Shown here: positions 1 through 10,545 of the stretch, one piece after another | Layout of the letters: the number at the start of each line of letters is the position of its first letter | Position numbering within the stretch: the first letter of the stretch is position 1 | Assembly: GCA_016840165.1 (NCBI GenBank) | Contig: JAEOSU010000072.1 | Span: 1-64,000 of the forward strand | Source of the DNA: Promethearchaeota archaeon | GTDB taxonomy: Archaea; Asgardarchaeota; Lokiarchaeia; Sigyniarchaeales; SOKP01 | Length of the DNA: 64,000 nucleotides | Reading direction: 5' to 3' | Notes under the pieces: generated by a model | What the model was told of the DNA's origin: nothing | Seen by the model: the letters and a program-made list of their open reading frames with translations, nothing else | Databases searched by the model: none | Position numbers and translations under genes: made by a program

Positions 1-575
1 AATTACCCTCAATAGAATTTCATCATACTTCACAGGAAGATAAGGAAGATTTTAAATGGGATAAGGTATGTAATCTAAATCTTGAAGAAATCATCCTTCT
101 ATTAAAAAATGAAAAATGTATTAGTTTATGTGCAAATTGCCATCAATTGATTCACTCGCCTAATTTCTCTAATTATATCGAAGAGATATTTACTCATTCT
201 AATGAATTAATAAATAAATTTCAAAAGGATTTTAAAAAATTAGTGAATAATATCAAAAATTTTAATTTTAAAAGTGTTAAAGAAGAATCTATTTTTAATT
301 CAGAAAATTGGTTAACTAAATCTAAGTTAAGTATTTTATTATTACTTGGAGATGGTAATAAATATACTATAAACGAGATTTGTCAAAAATTAAAATTTAC
401 AAGAACTTTCTGTTATGAAAGATTGAAAAATTTAAACGAAAGGCATTTTGTTAAGAAAACAGAGAAGCGTGAATATAGATTTTCTATAACAGAAGAGGGA
501 AAAAAAATATTAAAATTATATAAGGATTATGAAGATAAACTTTCATTTTTTAAATATTTTGATTTTGGGGTTTGA
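1..575 (+). CDS. HNH endonuclease-domain protein with C-terminal winged helix (5' end outside window)
   Basis: Frame is open from nt 3: LPSIEFHH...KCISLCANCHQLIH (HNH signature) lies upstream of the track's 147 start. C-terminus YTINEICQKLKFTRTFCYERLKNLNERHFVKK...YRFSITEEG is wHTH-like. Confidence 0.75.
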   Translation, partial: LPSIEFHHTSQEDKEDFKWDKVCNLNLEEIILLLKNEKCISLCANCHQLIHSPNFSNYIEEIFTHSNELINKFQKDFKKLVNNIKNFNFKSVKEESIFNSENWLTKSKLSILLLLGDGNKYTINEICQKLKFTRTFCYERLKNLNERHFVKKTEKREYRFSITEEGKKILKLYKDYEDKLSFFKYFDFGV

Positions 576-3439
576 TTTAAATATTTCTTTAAATATAAAG
601 CTGTATGTGATTTTTCACTATTAAGTATTGTTTCAGGGGTTCCTTCTATAACAATATAACCTCCTTCTTCACCTCCTTCTGGACCTAAATCAATAATATA
701 ATCAACAGATTTGATTATGTCCATATTATGCTCAATTATTACAACTGTGTTCCCCCTATCAACTAATTTTTGTAGAACAGCTAATAAATAATTAATATCA
801 TAAGCATGTAATCCTACCGTGGGTTCGTCAAGAATGTAGAGAGTATTTCCAGTGCTTAATTTTCTCAATTCTCTAGCAATTTTTAGTCTCTGGGATTCTC
901 CACCGCTTAATGTAGTAGAGGACTGACCTAACTCCAAATATCCTAGTCCTACATCTACAACTGTTTTCAATGTCTGTTTAAGCTTAGGAAAACTATCAAA
1001 AAACTCAAGTGCTTGGTGAAAAGTCATTTCTAAGACGTCTGAAATTGTTTTTCCTTTAAATTTGATTTGAAGTGTTTCTGAGTTGTATCTCTTTCCTTTA
1101 CATAAATCACATTTAATATAAACATCGGGCAAGAAATACATTTCCTTTAAGATATAGCCTGTACCCCTACATTTTTTACAATGTCCAGATTTGGTATTAA
1201 AACTAAATCTTCCCTTTTTATATCCACGTTCGCGAGCTTCTGGAAGTTGGGCAAAAATTTCCCGTATATAATCTAACGCTTTCGTATATGTTGATGGAAC
1301 AGATCGAGGAGTTCTTCCGATTGGTGATTGATCAATATTAATAATTTTATCTATTTCTTCGAACCCATTAATTTCATCAAAATCGCCTTGAAGAAGTCTT
1401 GTACTTCGAGTATTGACTTTATTATGAAGTCCTTTATACAAACAATCGATAATTAAACTAGTTTTTCCTGCTCCAGAAACGCCTGTTATACATGTAAAAA
1501 CACCTAATGGGATTTTAACCGTGATATCTTTTAGATTATTTTCTCGAGCACCTATAAGTTCAAGATATTTTCCATTCAATCTTCTTCGTTTCGTAGGTAA
1601 ATTAATTTTTTTCTTTCCTGAAAGATATTTTCCAGTAAGCGTTCTCGAATTCAATATCGTCTCAAGAGGTCCCTCTGCGACTATTTCTCCACCACTTTCT
1701 CCTGCTAGTGGGCCAAGATCAATGATATGATCCGCATTTCTCATTATCTCATCGTCGTGTTCCACCACGATAACAGTATTTCCCAAATCTCTAAGTTTTT
1801 TAAGCATCGCAATTAATCGAGAGATATCTCGTTGATGAAGCCCGACACTGGGTTCATCAAGCACATATAATACGCCAACCAAACTAGAACCTAACTGAGT
1901 TGCTAAATGAATTCTCTCCGCTTCCCCTACCGATAATGTATGCGACCTTCTGCTTAAAGATATATAATCTAAGCCAACATTATCTAAAAAGGATAATCTA
2001 TCTAAAATTTCCTTTAAAATGTCTTTCACTATTACTTTTTGGGTCTCATCTAATTCTAATTTCCGAAAGAACTTCAATGCATCCTTCACTGAAAGATCAG
2101 TCAATTCAGCGATATTAAGACCGTTAATAGTCACTGCAAGACTCTCAGGCTTTAAACGATAGCCATTACATTGAGGACAATTAGTTTGCTTCATTAAACT
2201 TTCGTAGACCCCTCGAGCCCATTCTGAGCGAGTCTCCATATATCTCCTATGGAGCATCGGGATTATTCCCTCAAATGGACGAGTTACTTCATAGGAAGCC
2301 TTGATCTCGCCGCGACTATTTTTATATCCATTATTATCACTTTCAAAATGAAAATCTATTGTTTCTTCCCCAGTTCCAAACAGTACTTTATGCAGTGAAT
2401 CAGGGTTTATATCTTTAATCGGAGTTTTATTTGTATTGAATCCATAATGTTTAGCTACTTGAACAATCGTCTGCCAAGAATACCCAGTATCAGAACCAAA
2501 ACCAGGAATATCTCTAATAGGAGTTTCTTGTAGAGGGATATCTAAATCATCTCCTAAAAGTAAGGAATAATCGAATTCCATTACGTTTCCTAATCCATTA
2601 CAGTATTTACAACTACCATGGGGAATATTAAAGGAAAACATTTTATGATCGATTGCGGGAAACGAGATTCCACAATCCACACACGCAAGATGTTCAGAAA
2701 AGATCTCTTCTCCCATGCCTATAACTTCGATAATTACGATTCCATCCGTTAATTCTAAAGCGGTCTCAATTGAATCAGCGAGTCTTGTTTTAATATCTTT
2801 CTTCATTATTAACCGGTCTATGATGACCCTAATATTATGTTTAATGTTCTTTTCCATGGAGATATCTTCATCAAGAGTATATTGGATATCATCAATTTCG
2901 ACTCTGAGGTAACCTTGCTTTTTCAAGTCCAAAAGAAGTTCTTTATATTCTCCTTTTCTATCTCTAACAACTGGGGCCTTAACTACAAATTTTTGTCCTT
3001 CTTTTAATGAACTTAATACTTGCTCAATAATTTGTTGAGGGGTTTGAGGTTTAATTTCCTTACCACAGTTAGGACAATGCGGAATCCCTATATTAGCAAA
3101 AAGCAATCTATAATAATCATATATTTCAGTTACTGTACCTACTGTACTTCTTGGATTTTTTGAAAGGGGTTTTTGTTCAATTGCAATGGCAGGAGATAAT
3201 CCTTCAATGGAATCAACGTCAGGTTTATCCATTTCTCCTAGAAATTGTCTTGCATAACTTGAAAGTGATTCTAAAAATCTTCTCTGGCCTTCAGCATAAA
3301 GTGTATCCATCGCAAGGCTTGATTTCCCACTACCGCTAATTCCTGTTACTACTACCAATTTATTTCTTGGAATTGTTACATCAATATTCTTAAGGTTATT
3401 TTGCCTCGCACCCTTGATAATTATAGAACTATCGCTCAT
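527..3439 (-). CDS. uvrA: Excinuclease ABC subunit A
   Basis: KGARQNNLKN, two Walker A motifs (GISGSGKSS, GVSGAGKTS), Zn fingers, LSGGE, LDEP motifs. Confidence 0.98.
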   Translation of the reverse strand: MSDSSIIIKGARQNNLKNIDVTIPRNKLVVVTGISGSGKSSLAMDTLYAEGQRRFLESLSSYARQFLGEMDKPDVDSIEGLSPAIAIEQKPLSKNPRSTVGTVTEIYDYYRLLFANIGIPHCPNCGKEIKPQTPQQIIEQVLSSLKEGQKFVVKAPVVRDRKGEYKELLLDLKKQGYLRVEIDDIQYTLDEDISMEKNIKHNIRVIIDRLIMKKDIKTRLADSIETALELTDGIVIIEVIGMGEEIFSEHLACVDCGISFPAIDHKMFSFNIPHGSCKYCNGLGNVMEFDYSLLLGDDLDIPLQETPIRDIPGFGSDTGYSWQTIVQVAKHYGFNTNKTPIKDINPDSLHKVLFGTGEETIDFHFESDNNGYKNSRGEIKASYEVTRPFEGIIPMLHRRYMETRSEWARGVYESLMKQTNCPQCNGYRLKPESLAVTINGLNIAELTDLSVKDALKFFRKLELDETQKVIVKDILKEILDRLSFLDNVGLDYISLSRRSHTLSVGEAERIHLATQLGSSLVGVLYVLDEPSVGLHQRDISRLIAMLKKLRDLGNTVIVVEHDDEIMRNADHIIDLGPLAGESGGEIVAEGPLETILNSRTLTGKYLSGKKKINLPTKRRRLNGKYLELIGARENNLKDITVKIPLGVFTCITGVSGAGKTSLIIDCLYKGLHNKVNTRSTRLLQGDFDEINGFEEIDKIINIDQSPIGRTPRSVPSTYTKALDYIREIFAQLPEARERGYKKGRFSFNTKSGHCKKCRGTGYILKEMYFLPDVYIKCDLCKGKRYNSETLQIKFKGKTISDVLEMTFHQALEFFDSFPKLKQTLKTVVDVGLGYLELGQSSTTLSGGESQRLKIARELRKLSTGNTLYILDEPTVGLHAYDINYLLAVLQKLVDRGNTVVIIEHNMDIIKSVDYIIDLGPEGGEEGGYIVIEGTPETILNSEKSHTALYLKKYLNQTPKSKYLKNESLSS

Positions 3440-3480
3440 TATTTTACCTAAAGAACTTAATTAATAATTCAACTAAAATT

Positions 3481-5487
3481 TCATGCTTTTATTTTATAAT
3501 CTTTCTTGAATTCTATTATTTTATCTCTTAGATATGCCGCATCCTCAAATCTAAGTTCTTTTGCGGCTAGAAACATTTTATTTTCAAGGTACTGAACAAT
3601 AATATCGATATCACCCTGTATTTCTAACTCTTTAATTTTGTCTTTAACATTTTGTTTTAACCGCTTCACTTCTTTTTCTCTAAATTCCTGTTCTTCGGAT
3701 AAGGATTCCAAGATATTCTTTTGAATTGTTTGGGGAGTAATGTTGTGTTCTTTATTATAAGCCGTTTGCTTTTTCCTTCTACGATTTGTCTCTTTGATAG
3801 CCTCATTCATGGCAGTTGAGACTCTATCGGCATATAAAATAGCCTTTCCATCCACATTTCTCGAAGCTCGTCCGATTGTTTGAATTAAAGAGCGAGTATC
3901 TCTTAAAAATCCAAGTTTATCAGCGTCTAATATTGCAACGAGCTGAACCTCCGGTAAATCTAACCCTTCTCTTAGAAGATTTATTCCAACCACTACATCA
4001 TAAGTTCCATCTCTTAATTTCCTTAATATCTCAAATCTTTCAACAGTGTCCACTTCACTATGGAGATATTCAATTTTTATACCAAGCTCTGAGTAATATT
4101 CGGCAATATCTTCTGACATACGTTTAGTTAAAGTAGTTATTAACACTCTTCCATTATTCGCAATGGTTTTCCGTAATTCGCCTAATAAATCATCAATTTG
4201 ATTGGTAGCGGGCCGGATTTCAATTTGGGGATCCACGAGACCAGTCGGACGAATGATTTGTTCGGCTGAAATACCTTCAGATTTCTTCAACTCGTAAGCT
4301 CCCGGTGTAGCACTCATAAAGATGAGATATTTAATTTTTGATTCCCATTCTTCAAATGTTAACGGCCGGTTGTCAAAAGCACTGGGTAAGCGCCAACCGT
4401 ATTGGACAAGATTTTCTTTACGAGAACGATCTCCTCCGATCATTCCATGAATCTGGGGTATTGTTATGTGTGATTCATCGACTACTATGAGAAAATCATC
4501 AGGAAAGTAATCAATCAAACACATAGGAGGTGTTCCAGGTGCACGACCATCAAGATGTCTAGAATAATTCTCTATTCCTTTGCAATATCCCATTTCTCGC
4601 ATCATTTCAAGGTCAAATTTAACTCTCTTTTCTAACCTTTGAGCTTCAGCGTACTTTTTTTCAGCTTTAAATTTCTGTAATTGGTCCTCTAATTCAAGTT
4701 CGATGGAATCTAACGCTTTAATCTTGTTTTCTTCTGGGATAATAAAATGCGTGGCGGGAAAAATTCGTATATGTGGATGTTGTCGAATAACTTCATTAGA
4801 GATGGGATGAATTTCATGGATACTTTCTATTTCATCACCAAATAAAGAAATTCTAATCGCTGTGTTTAAATATGCAGGATAAATATCTACGATATCGCCT
4901 TTCACTCGGACATCTCCTGGTTTGAACTCTATTTCTTTTCTCTCATAGTTCATTTTAATTAAGGCTTTAAGTATTTCGCTTCTTCTAATATTCTGACCGA
5001 CTTCTAAATTTAATGATACTGCTGTCCATGTTTCTGGGTCACCAATTCCATAAATGCATGAAACTGTTGCTACAATGATGACGTCATTCCTTGTTCTTAC
5101 CGCATGAGTTGCTGCTAAACGGAGGCGCTCAATCTCTTCATTTACACTGAAATCCTTTTCAATATATAGTCCTGTCACCGGTAAATAAGCCTCTGGTTGA
5201 TAGTAATCGTAATATGAGACAAAATAATGAACTGCATTATTAGGGAATAATTCCTTTAGTTCATTATAGAGTTGAGCAGCAAGAGTCTTATTGGGCGCCA
5301 TAACTAAAGTAGGCTTTTGAATTTCTTGTATAATATTAGCAACAGTAAATGTTTTACCAGTACCAGTTGCTCCTAATAAAGTCTGGAATCTTTTTCTGTT
5401 ATCTATTCCTTCTTTAAGCGCTGCAATCGCAACTGGTTGATCTCCACGAGGAGAAAATTCGGATTGTATCTTGAAACTAACACTCAT
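3481..5487 (-). CDS. uvrB: Excinuclease ABC subunit B
   Basis: GDQP, GATGTGKT, FVSYYDYYQPEAY beta-hairpin, VDESH, QTIGRASRN, C-terminal UVR motif. ATG at 5487 preferred over the track's 5499. Confidence 0.98.
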   Translation of the reverse strand: MSVSFKIQSEFSPRGDQPVAIAALKEGIDNRKRFQTLLGATGTGKTFTVANIIQEIQKPTLVMAPNKTLAAQLYNELKELFPNNAVHYFVSYYDYYQPEAYLPVTGLYIEKDFSVNEEIERLRLAATHAVRTRNDVIIVATVSCIYGIGDPETWTAVSLNLEVGQNIRRSEILKALIKMNYERKEIEFKPGDVRVKGDIVDIYPAYLNTAIRISLFGDEIESIHEIHPISNEVIRQHPHIRIFPATHFIIPEENKIKALDSIELELEDQLQKFKAEKKYAEAQRLEKRVKFDLEMMREMGYCKGIENYSRHLDGRAPGTPPMCLIDYFPDDFLIVVDESHITIPQIHGMIGGDRSRKENLVQYGWRLPSAFDNRPLTFEEWESKIKYLIFMSATPGAYELKKSEGISAEQIIRPTGLVDPQIEIRPATNQIDDLLGELRKTIANNGRVLITTLTKRMSEDIAEYYSELGIKIEYLHSEVDTVERFEILRKLRDGTYDVVVGINLLREGLDLPEVQLVAILDADKLGFLRDTRSLIQTIGRASRNVDGKAILYADRVSTAMNEAIKETNRRRKKQTAYNKEHNITPQTIQKNILESLSEEQEFREKEVKRLKQNVKDKIKELEIQGDIDIIVQYLENKMFLAAKELRFEDAAYLRDKIIEFKKDYKIKA

Positions 5488-5668
5488 ACTACTCAACACA
5501 TCTAAATGAACTATATGAATATAGAGTAAAATTGAATTTATAAGCCATAAGACTATAAATATTCTAATATAACATGATTTATGATTTTTACTCCAAAAAA
5601 ATAGAAGTGGATTTAAAATTTTAATTATAATATGAAAAAGGAAATTAACCCTTTGTTATATTGCTTTG

Positions 5669-8600
5669 TTAGGAAATAACTATTTCTAAATGTGTGTCTT
5701 CAGCACCTTCGACTGTGCGAACAAGAATTTCTAAGTCATCATTCACGTTTACTGGGCCTATATATGATTCTAAATTCGCCATACTAATCGTGAGCTCAAT
5801 AAAATCACCAACTCCAATCTCATAGATATCTTCGATGAACGCTCCTAGTGAAATATATGTACCATTAATGTAAATAGAATCTACTGTTACATTGAGCTCT
5901 CCGTTATTATTGATACGTATCTCCACATTAAATGAATCTCGCGCGATAGTCTCGGTGCTATCAATGTCAATGTTATAGTAATAGGAATCTACTATCGCTG
6001 AAAATTCATGATACGCCATTGCAGTGGTGTTTGTAGAGACATTAACGTTCATCTGATTGGTCACATTAATATTAAAACCTGATATATTAAATGAGATTAG
6101 CGCACATTCTTGTAAATCTAAGAAAGCATCACCAGAGAGAAATTTAACGTCAGTACTAATGTTTAATGTAGTAGTTGAATTAAGAAATATTTCTTCAAGT
6201 TTTAATGGAACGTCACCGGTGTTCTTAACTAAAAGCTGTCCTGTTTCGTTTGCTGCTATGAAAGAGAGCGTATCCCCTTCTACATATTCTATAATTTGAA
6301 GATCTGGATCTTCACTAATCGTATGAATATACCCAATATCGGATGCTTTAGTGGTCTCATTAAAATTTCCGGTTACTTTGACACCTATTTCATCGTTAAT
6401 ATCTATTCCATCTGGTCCAAGGATAGAGAAATATTGAATATCACCAGGAGCAAATATTAATGGAGGAATCGATTCCACTTCATCCCAACTGCCTGTTTGA
6501 GTCAAATATATCGAATCCAATCCTAAATATTTCTGTCCAGTATTCTGAAGTTTCAGAAAGATTCTTGTTGTCCCATTATTATAGGTATATGCATAAGTTC
6601 CATTTAATGATATAGGGATATGCTTCCTAAAATTACTGTTTTGGGCAATTTCTGCTTCAGGTGATATAATCCGATTTCTGGCAATAATCGATAATGCATA
6701 ATTTTCAAATTGTGAGGTGAGTAGAATCTCATCTTGTATCTCATTGGGAGTGATAACACCAATTTTATGTTCTGTTCGTACGGGCCAGAATGAAATGGAG
6801 TAGTTATATACCTTCACAGTTGCCTTTTCTCCAGGAGCTAATATAGGAGAACCGCTCAAATATTCATCTACTTGCAATTCATTAATTATCGAGTCAGCAT
6901 AGAATGTATCAAGAATTACGGTGGTTTCACCAGTGTTTTCTATTTCAAGATAGACATCGGCATTGAATTCATCAATTTGTAGTACGTAACTGTTTTCTTT
7001 ATTAATTTGAATATCTCCTTCTTTTGATTCTTTGACGAAGAAATTACTCGTATTATTGGTAAATACATAGGTTTGTTTATTCGCTGCTTCTGATTGAGCC
7101 TCAACTTCAATGCGAACTACATCATTTGGTTTATATTCTTTACCACTTGATTTAATATCCACCCATACATAATCATCCTCACCCGCTTCAAGTGTATTAG
7201 TATTGTATCCTTTGCCTAGATTAAAACTCTGGCTTACATTGTTCACTTTTACATCTGTAATAGTTAGATTCTTTATGCCAGTATTTTGTAATCTAAAGGT
7301 TCCATAGCCTGAATCAAATACTTTAGGTTCTTTTATCTCAAAACTGGAATCTAATGCCGTATAGTCAACTTTAAAAATTTTAACCAGACCTGCTGAAGAG
7401 AAATATACGGGAGAAAATACATTCGATTCATAATCACCACCTTCAGGAATATAAGTACTCCATGCGTTTCCATCATCTGCTAATCTGGCTCCGATTTGTT
7501 GTCGATAATATTCTTCAAAAGTTTGGGGACTAGTTCCAGTATAAACATCCGTTGATATGCCCCAGAACATCAGTTTAGACAATTGACTATTGAACCATGA
7601 CAATTCTACACGGCCAGAAGTAGCATTGACGTATTCATCTTCGTCAAATACCGCATTTCTTGCCCAATTATCTTCTTCTAATCCCCATTCCTTATATAAT
7701 GTATAATGATCATTTGGAATCCGTAACATCCATTGCCATTTTCCCTCATCTCCTCCTAACGGGTCAAAAAGGTAGCCGAAATAGACTAGTACATAATCCG
7801 CTTTCAATATTCGGAAGATCTTTGCACTATAGATCTCATTTGTCTGCATAAGGGCCATTCCCGTCATTCCAATCCTCGTAGAATTTACAGTTGCATTATC
7901 GTTAACACTCGTCATATTACCAATAGGAGTTATCCAGTAGCCATAATCCCACCAACTTACTACAACTGTATCACCTGGAAGATTTGTCTTCATCCATGTT
8001 AGGGAATTTTCCCAATCATGATAATAGCCTCCAGGAGAGATCTGACTTGAGCTTAAAGAGCCAGTAGCGATCTCAGAACCATGCATTATCTGAGCAAAAC
8101 ACATAAATCCAATGATAAAGTACACAGCAGCGATTTCTGATTTGCCAACCATTCGTTTTAACTGCCGTCTACGTTTTCTACTAACAGCAGAACGTTCTTG
8201 TTTATAAAAGCTACCAAAAATTTTCAAAATGCTTGAAAGCCCATAAGCTCCAACTAAACAGGCAGCGGGAGCAAAGAGTAAGATGATCCGAATCATACTT
8301 CCTGTGAAATAAAACAGTGTGAGTATGAATACTATTAACAACACATCAGCAGCATTACCTCTTCGAAACAAAAAGAACAGTCCAAGAGGGATTACAATTA
8401 GAGGGATTAATGTATTATAATAGAAAACACTCCACGCACTCGGGCTGTGTTCGGCAACAGAAGCAGTAAGACTCATTCCTTCTCGAATTAAGGGGCTCAG
8501 GATACTCTGTATTCTCCCTCCAAAACCAAATGGGATTATACTGGGATTTATCCATACGATAATAGCTATTACCAAAATAGCAGGAATAATCCCCCATTTA

Positions 8601-9529
8601 AGAAGATTTATTAACCCACCATAAAATTTTGGAAAAGTATCTCTCTTAGAATATATCAAATGATAAATTATTAATAAAACTAAGAAAATATACATACCCC
8701 CAATGTTGAGAGAACTAAAAAGTTCATAGAAATGAAAGTTATAATATAATGAAAAAATCAGCAGTGAAGTTCCCATTATGCCTACGTACGCGATAAAAAT
8801 ATTTGTATTATATTTTTTCATTAATATCAATATTCCAACTATTATCGGTAAAAGATAGAATACAAAATAATATCCCCCCCAGCTCAGGGTTAAATAACCG
8901 AGGAATAAACCTCCAAGAACAGAATCAGTAATTCTTCCAGTTCGAATAGTCCTTAAAAAGAAATAAAATGTCATTAAGGTAGCAAACACCCCAATGGTTT
9001 CGTTATCGAAAAATCCAGCTGTAGTTCTTTGCATAAACCCAGTATTGAATGCCATAAAAAAAGCGGCGATGAGCCCACACTTTCTATCTAAAGCCTCTTT
9101 TCCGAGAAGATACGCGGCAAATACAGTAACACCTCCCATAAAAGCGGGAAAATAGAAGCAAATATCATATAATGAGATTGGGATTCCAATAGAATTGAAT
9201 GCTTGGTATATTATTACTACTGTGAATGTTAAGCCAGGTCGTAAATTACCTCTATCAATACCCTCGGGAAACCAACTTTTAAAGTCGTGCCAATTAAAAT
9301 ATTCAAAAATTGAATGGCTTGAGAGATAATCAGCTTGATAATATTGAATCCAAGGATCAAATGCTTTAATTAAAAAATTATTAATAGCGAGGGGAGACAA
9401 CCGGATTAGAATAGCGACAAATATGACTAAAAATAAAGCCGTAAAGAAAAGTAAATTCCTAGATTTAATGGTTACACTTGCTCGTGTGCGATCTCTGAGA
9501 TTTTTTAATGAAGACCAAATTTTTGACAT
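5669..9529 (-). CDS. aglB: Oligosaccharyltransferase AglB/STT3 with extended C-terminal Ig-like repeats
   Basis: AFDPW, DNE, SVAEH, WWDYG and DEGKWQWMLRI (DK motif); multiple TM helices. Confidence 0.95.
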   Translation of the reverse strand: MSKIWSSLKNLRDRTRASVTIKSRNLLFFTALFLVIFVAILIRLSPLAINNFLIKAFDPWIQYYQADYLSSHSIFEYFNWHDFKSWFPEGIDRGNLRPGLTFTVVIIYQAFNSIGIPISLYDICFYFPAFMGGVTVFAAYLLGKEALDRKCGLIAAFFMAFNTGFMQRTTAGFFDNETIGVFATLMTFYFFLRTIRTGRITDSVLGGLFLGYLTLSWGGYYFVFYLLPIIVGILILMKKYNTNIFIAYVGIMGTSLLIFSLYYNFHFYELFSSLNIGGMYIFLVLLIIYHLIYSKRDTFPKFYGGLINLLKWGIIPAILVIAIIVWINPSIIPFGFGGRIQSILSPLIREGMSLTASVAEHSPSAWSVFYYNTLIPLIVIPLGLFFLFRRGNAADVLLIVFILTLFYFTGSMIRIILLFAPAACLVGAYGLSSILKIFGSFYKQERSAVSRKRRRQLKRMVGKSEIAAVYFIIGFMCFAQIMHGSEIATGSLSSSQISPGGYYHDWENSLTWMKTNLPGDTVVVSWWDYGYWITPIGNMTSVNDNATVNSTRIGMTGMALMQTNEIYSAKIFRILKADYVLVYFGYLFDPLGGDEGKWQWMLRIPNDHYTLYKEWGLEEDNWARNAVFDEDEYVNATSGRVELSWFNSQLSKLMFWGISTDVYTGTSPQTFEEYYRQQIGARLADDGNAWSTYIPEGGDYESNVFSPVYFSSAGLVKIFKVDYTALDSSFEIKEPKVFDSGYGTFRLQNTGIKNLTITDVKVNNVSQSFNLGKGYNTNTLEAGEDDYVWVDIKSSGKEYKPNDVVRIEVEAQSEAANKQTYVFTNNTSNFFVKESKEGDIQINKENSYVLQIDEFNADVYLEIENTGETTVILDTFYADSIINELQVDEYLSGSPILAPGEKATVKVYNYSISFWPVRTEHKIGVITPNEIQDEILLTSQFENYALSIIARNRIISPEAEIAQNSNFRKHIPISLNGTYAYTYNNGTTRIFLKLQNTGQKYLGLDSIYLTQTGSWDEVESIPPLIFAPGDIQYFSILGPDGIDINDEIGVKVTGNFNETTKASDIGYIHTISEDPDLQIIEYVEGDTLSFIAANETGQLLVKNTGDVPLKLEEIFLNSTTTLNISTDVKFLSGDAFLDLQECALISFNISGFNINVTNQMNVNVSTNTTAMAYHEFSAIVDSYYYNIDIDSTETIARDSFNVEIRINNNGELNVTVDSIYINGTYISLGAFIEDIYEIGVGDFIELTISMANLESYIGPVNVNDDLEILVRTVEGAEDTHLEIVIS

Positions 9530-9702
9530 TGTTTATTCAATAGTTTTTTAATAAAAAATAATCACAATTTTAAATAAAATTTAGATATTAAATTTAGCTT
9601 ATCATTAAAAGCTTTTTAGTCTTAAAAATAATTGGACTTAATATTTTAAAACAAATTTAGATTGTTTGAATATTCCAACAGAAAAATAGTTTAATTACCA
9701 TC

Positions 9703-10545
9703 ATGGAAAGAAGAAGATATCTGATTAAATTTTATTACATCGGTTCAGGAAGATATTTTGGATCTCAACGCCAAATTGAATATGAGACAATTGAGAATTA
9801 TTTAATTGGTAGTTTGCTTAAAAAAAAATATATTGAGGATATAAAAACATCGGGTTTTGAAGTAGCGAGTAGAACTGATAAGTTTGTATCAGCCAGAGGA
9901 GCATGCTTTTCTTTTCTTACCAACAAGGCTCTCACTTTAATGGAGATTAATTCTATGCTTCCCCGAGATATTGGTTTATGGGCTTTTTGTGAGGTCAAGG
10001 AGAATTTTTCATCCCGATTTAATGCGATATATCGATTTTATAAATATATATTTTTAGTTCCTGAAAAGAAGGAAGGATCATATCCATATAATCTTAAATT
10101 AATGAAAGAAGCATGTAAAATTCTTGAAGGGCATCATGATTTTCTTAATTTTTCTAAAAGAGAAAAGAAGAGTATAAAAACAACCAGAGATATGCTATTG
10201 TCGGATTTCGAAAAAGATGGCAAATTTTTAATTTTTAATTTTAAGAGTCAAGCGTTTTTAAGGCAGCAAATCAGGAGAATGGTTGCTAAATTATTAGAAG
10301 TAGGAAAGGAAGTAATTGATCTTGAAGATTTTATTCAACTTTTTGATACAAATGAATATATTTCATATCAACCTGCTGATCCCGAAGGATTAATTTTATG
10401 GGATATTTATTATGGAGAGAATGTTCATTTTACTATTGATGTCAAATCTTATGAGAGAATGCTCCAATATTTTTCAAAAAAGTTTTATACTTACAACCTA
10501 AAACAGAAATTATTCGAGATCCTTCAGCATGACGATATTAGCTAA
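9703..10545 (+). CDS. truA: tRNA pseudouridine(38-40) synthase TruA
   Basis: YFGSQRQ, ASRTDKFVSA (catalytic Asp), GHHDFLNFS, FLRQQIRRMV. Confidence 0.92.
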   Translation: MERRRYLIKFYYIGSGRYFGSQRQIEYETIENYLIGSLLKKKYIEDIKTSGFEVASRTDKFVSARGACFSFLTNKALTLMEINSMLPRDIGLWAFCEVKENFSSRFNAIYRFYKYIFLVPEKKEGSYPYNLKLMKEACKILEGHHDFLNFSKREKKSIKTTRDMLLSDFEKDGKFLIFNFKSQAFLRQQIRRMVAKLLEVGKEVIDLEDFIQLFDTNEYISYQPADPEGLILWDIYYGENVHFTIDVKSYERMLQYFSKKFYTYNLKQKLFEILQHDDIS

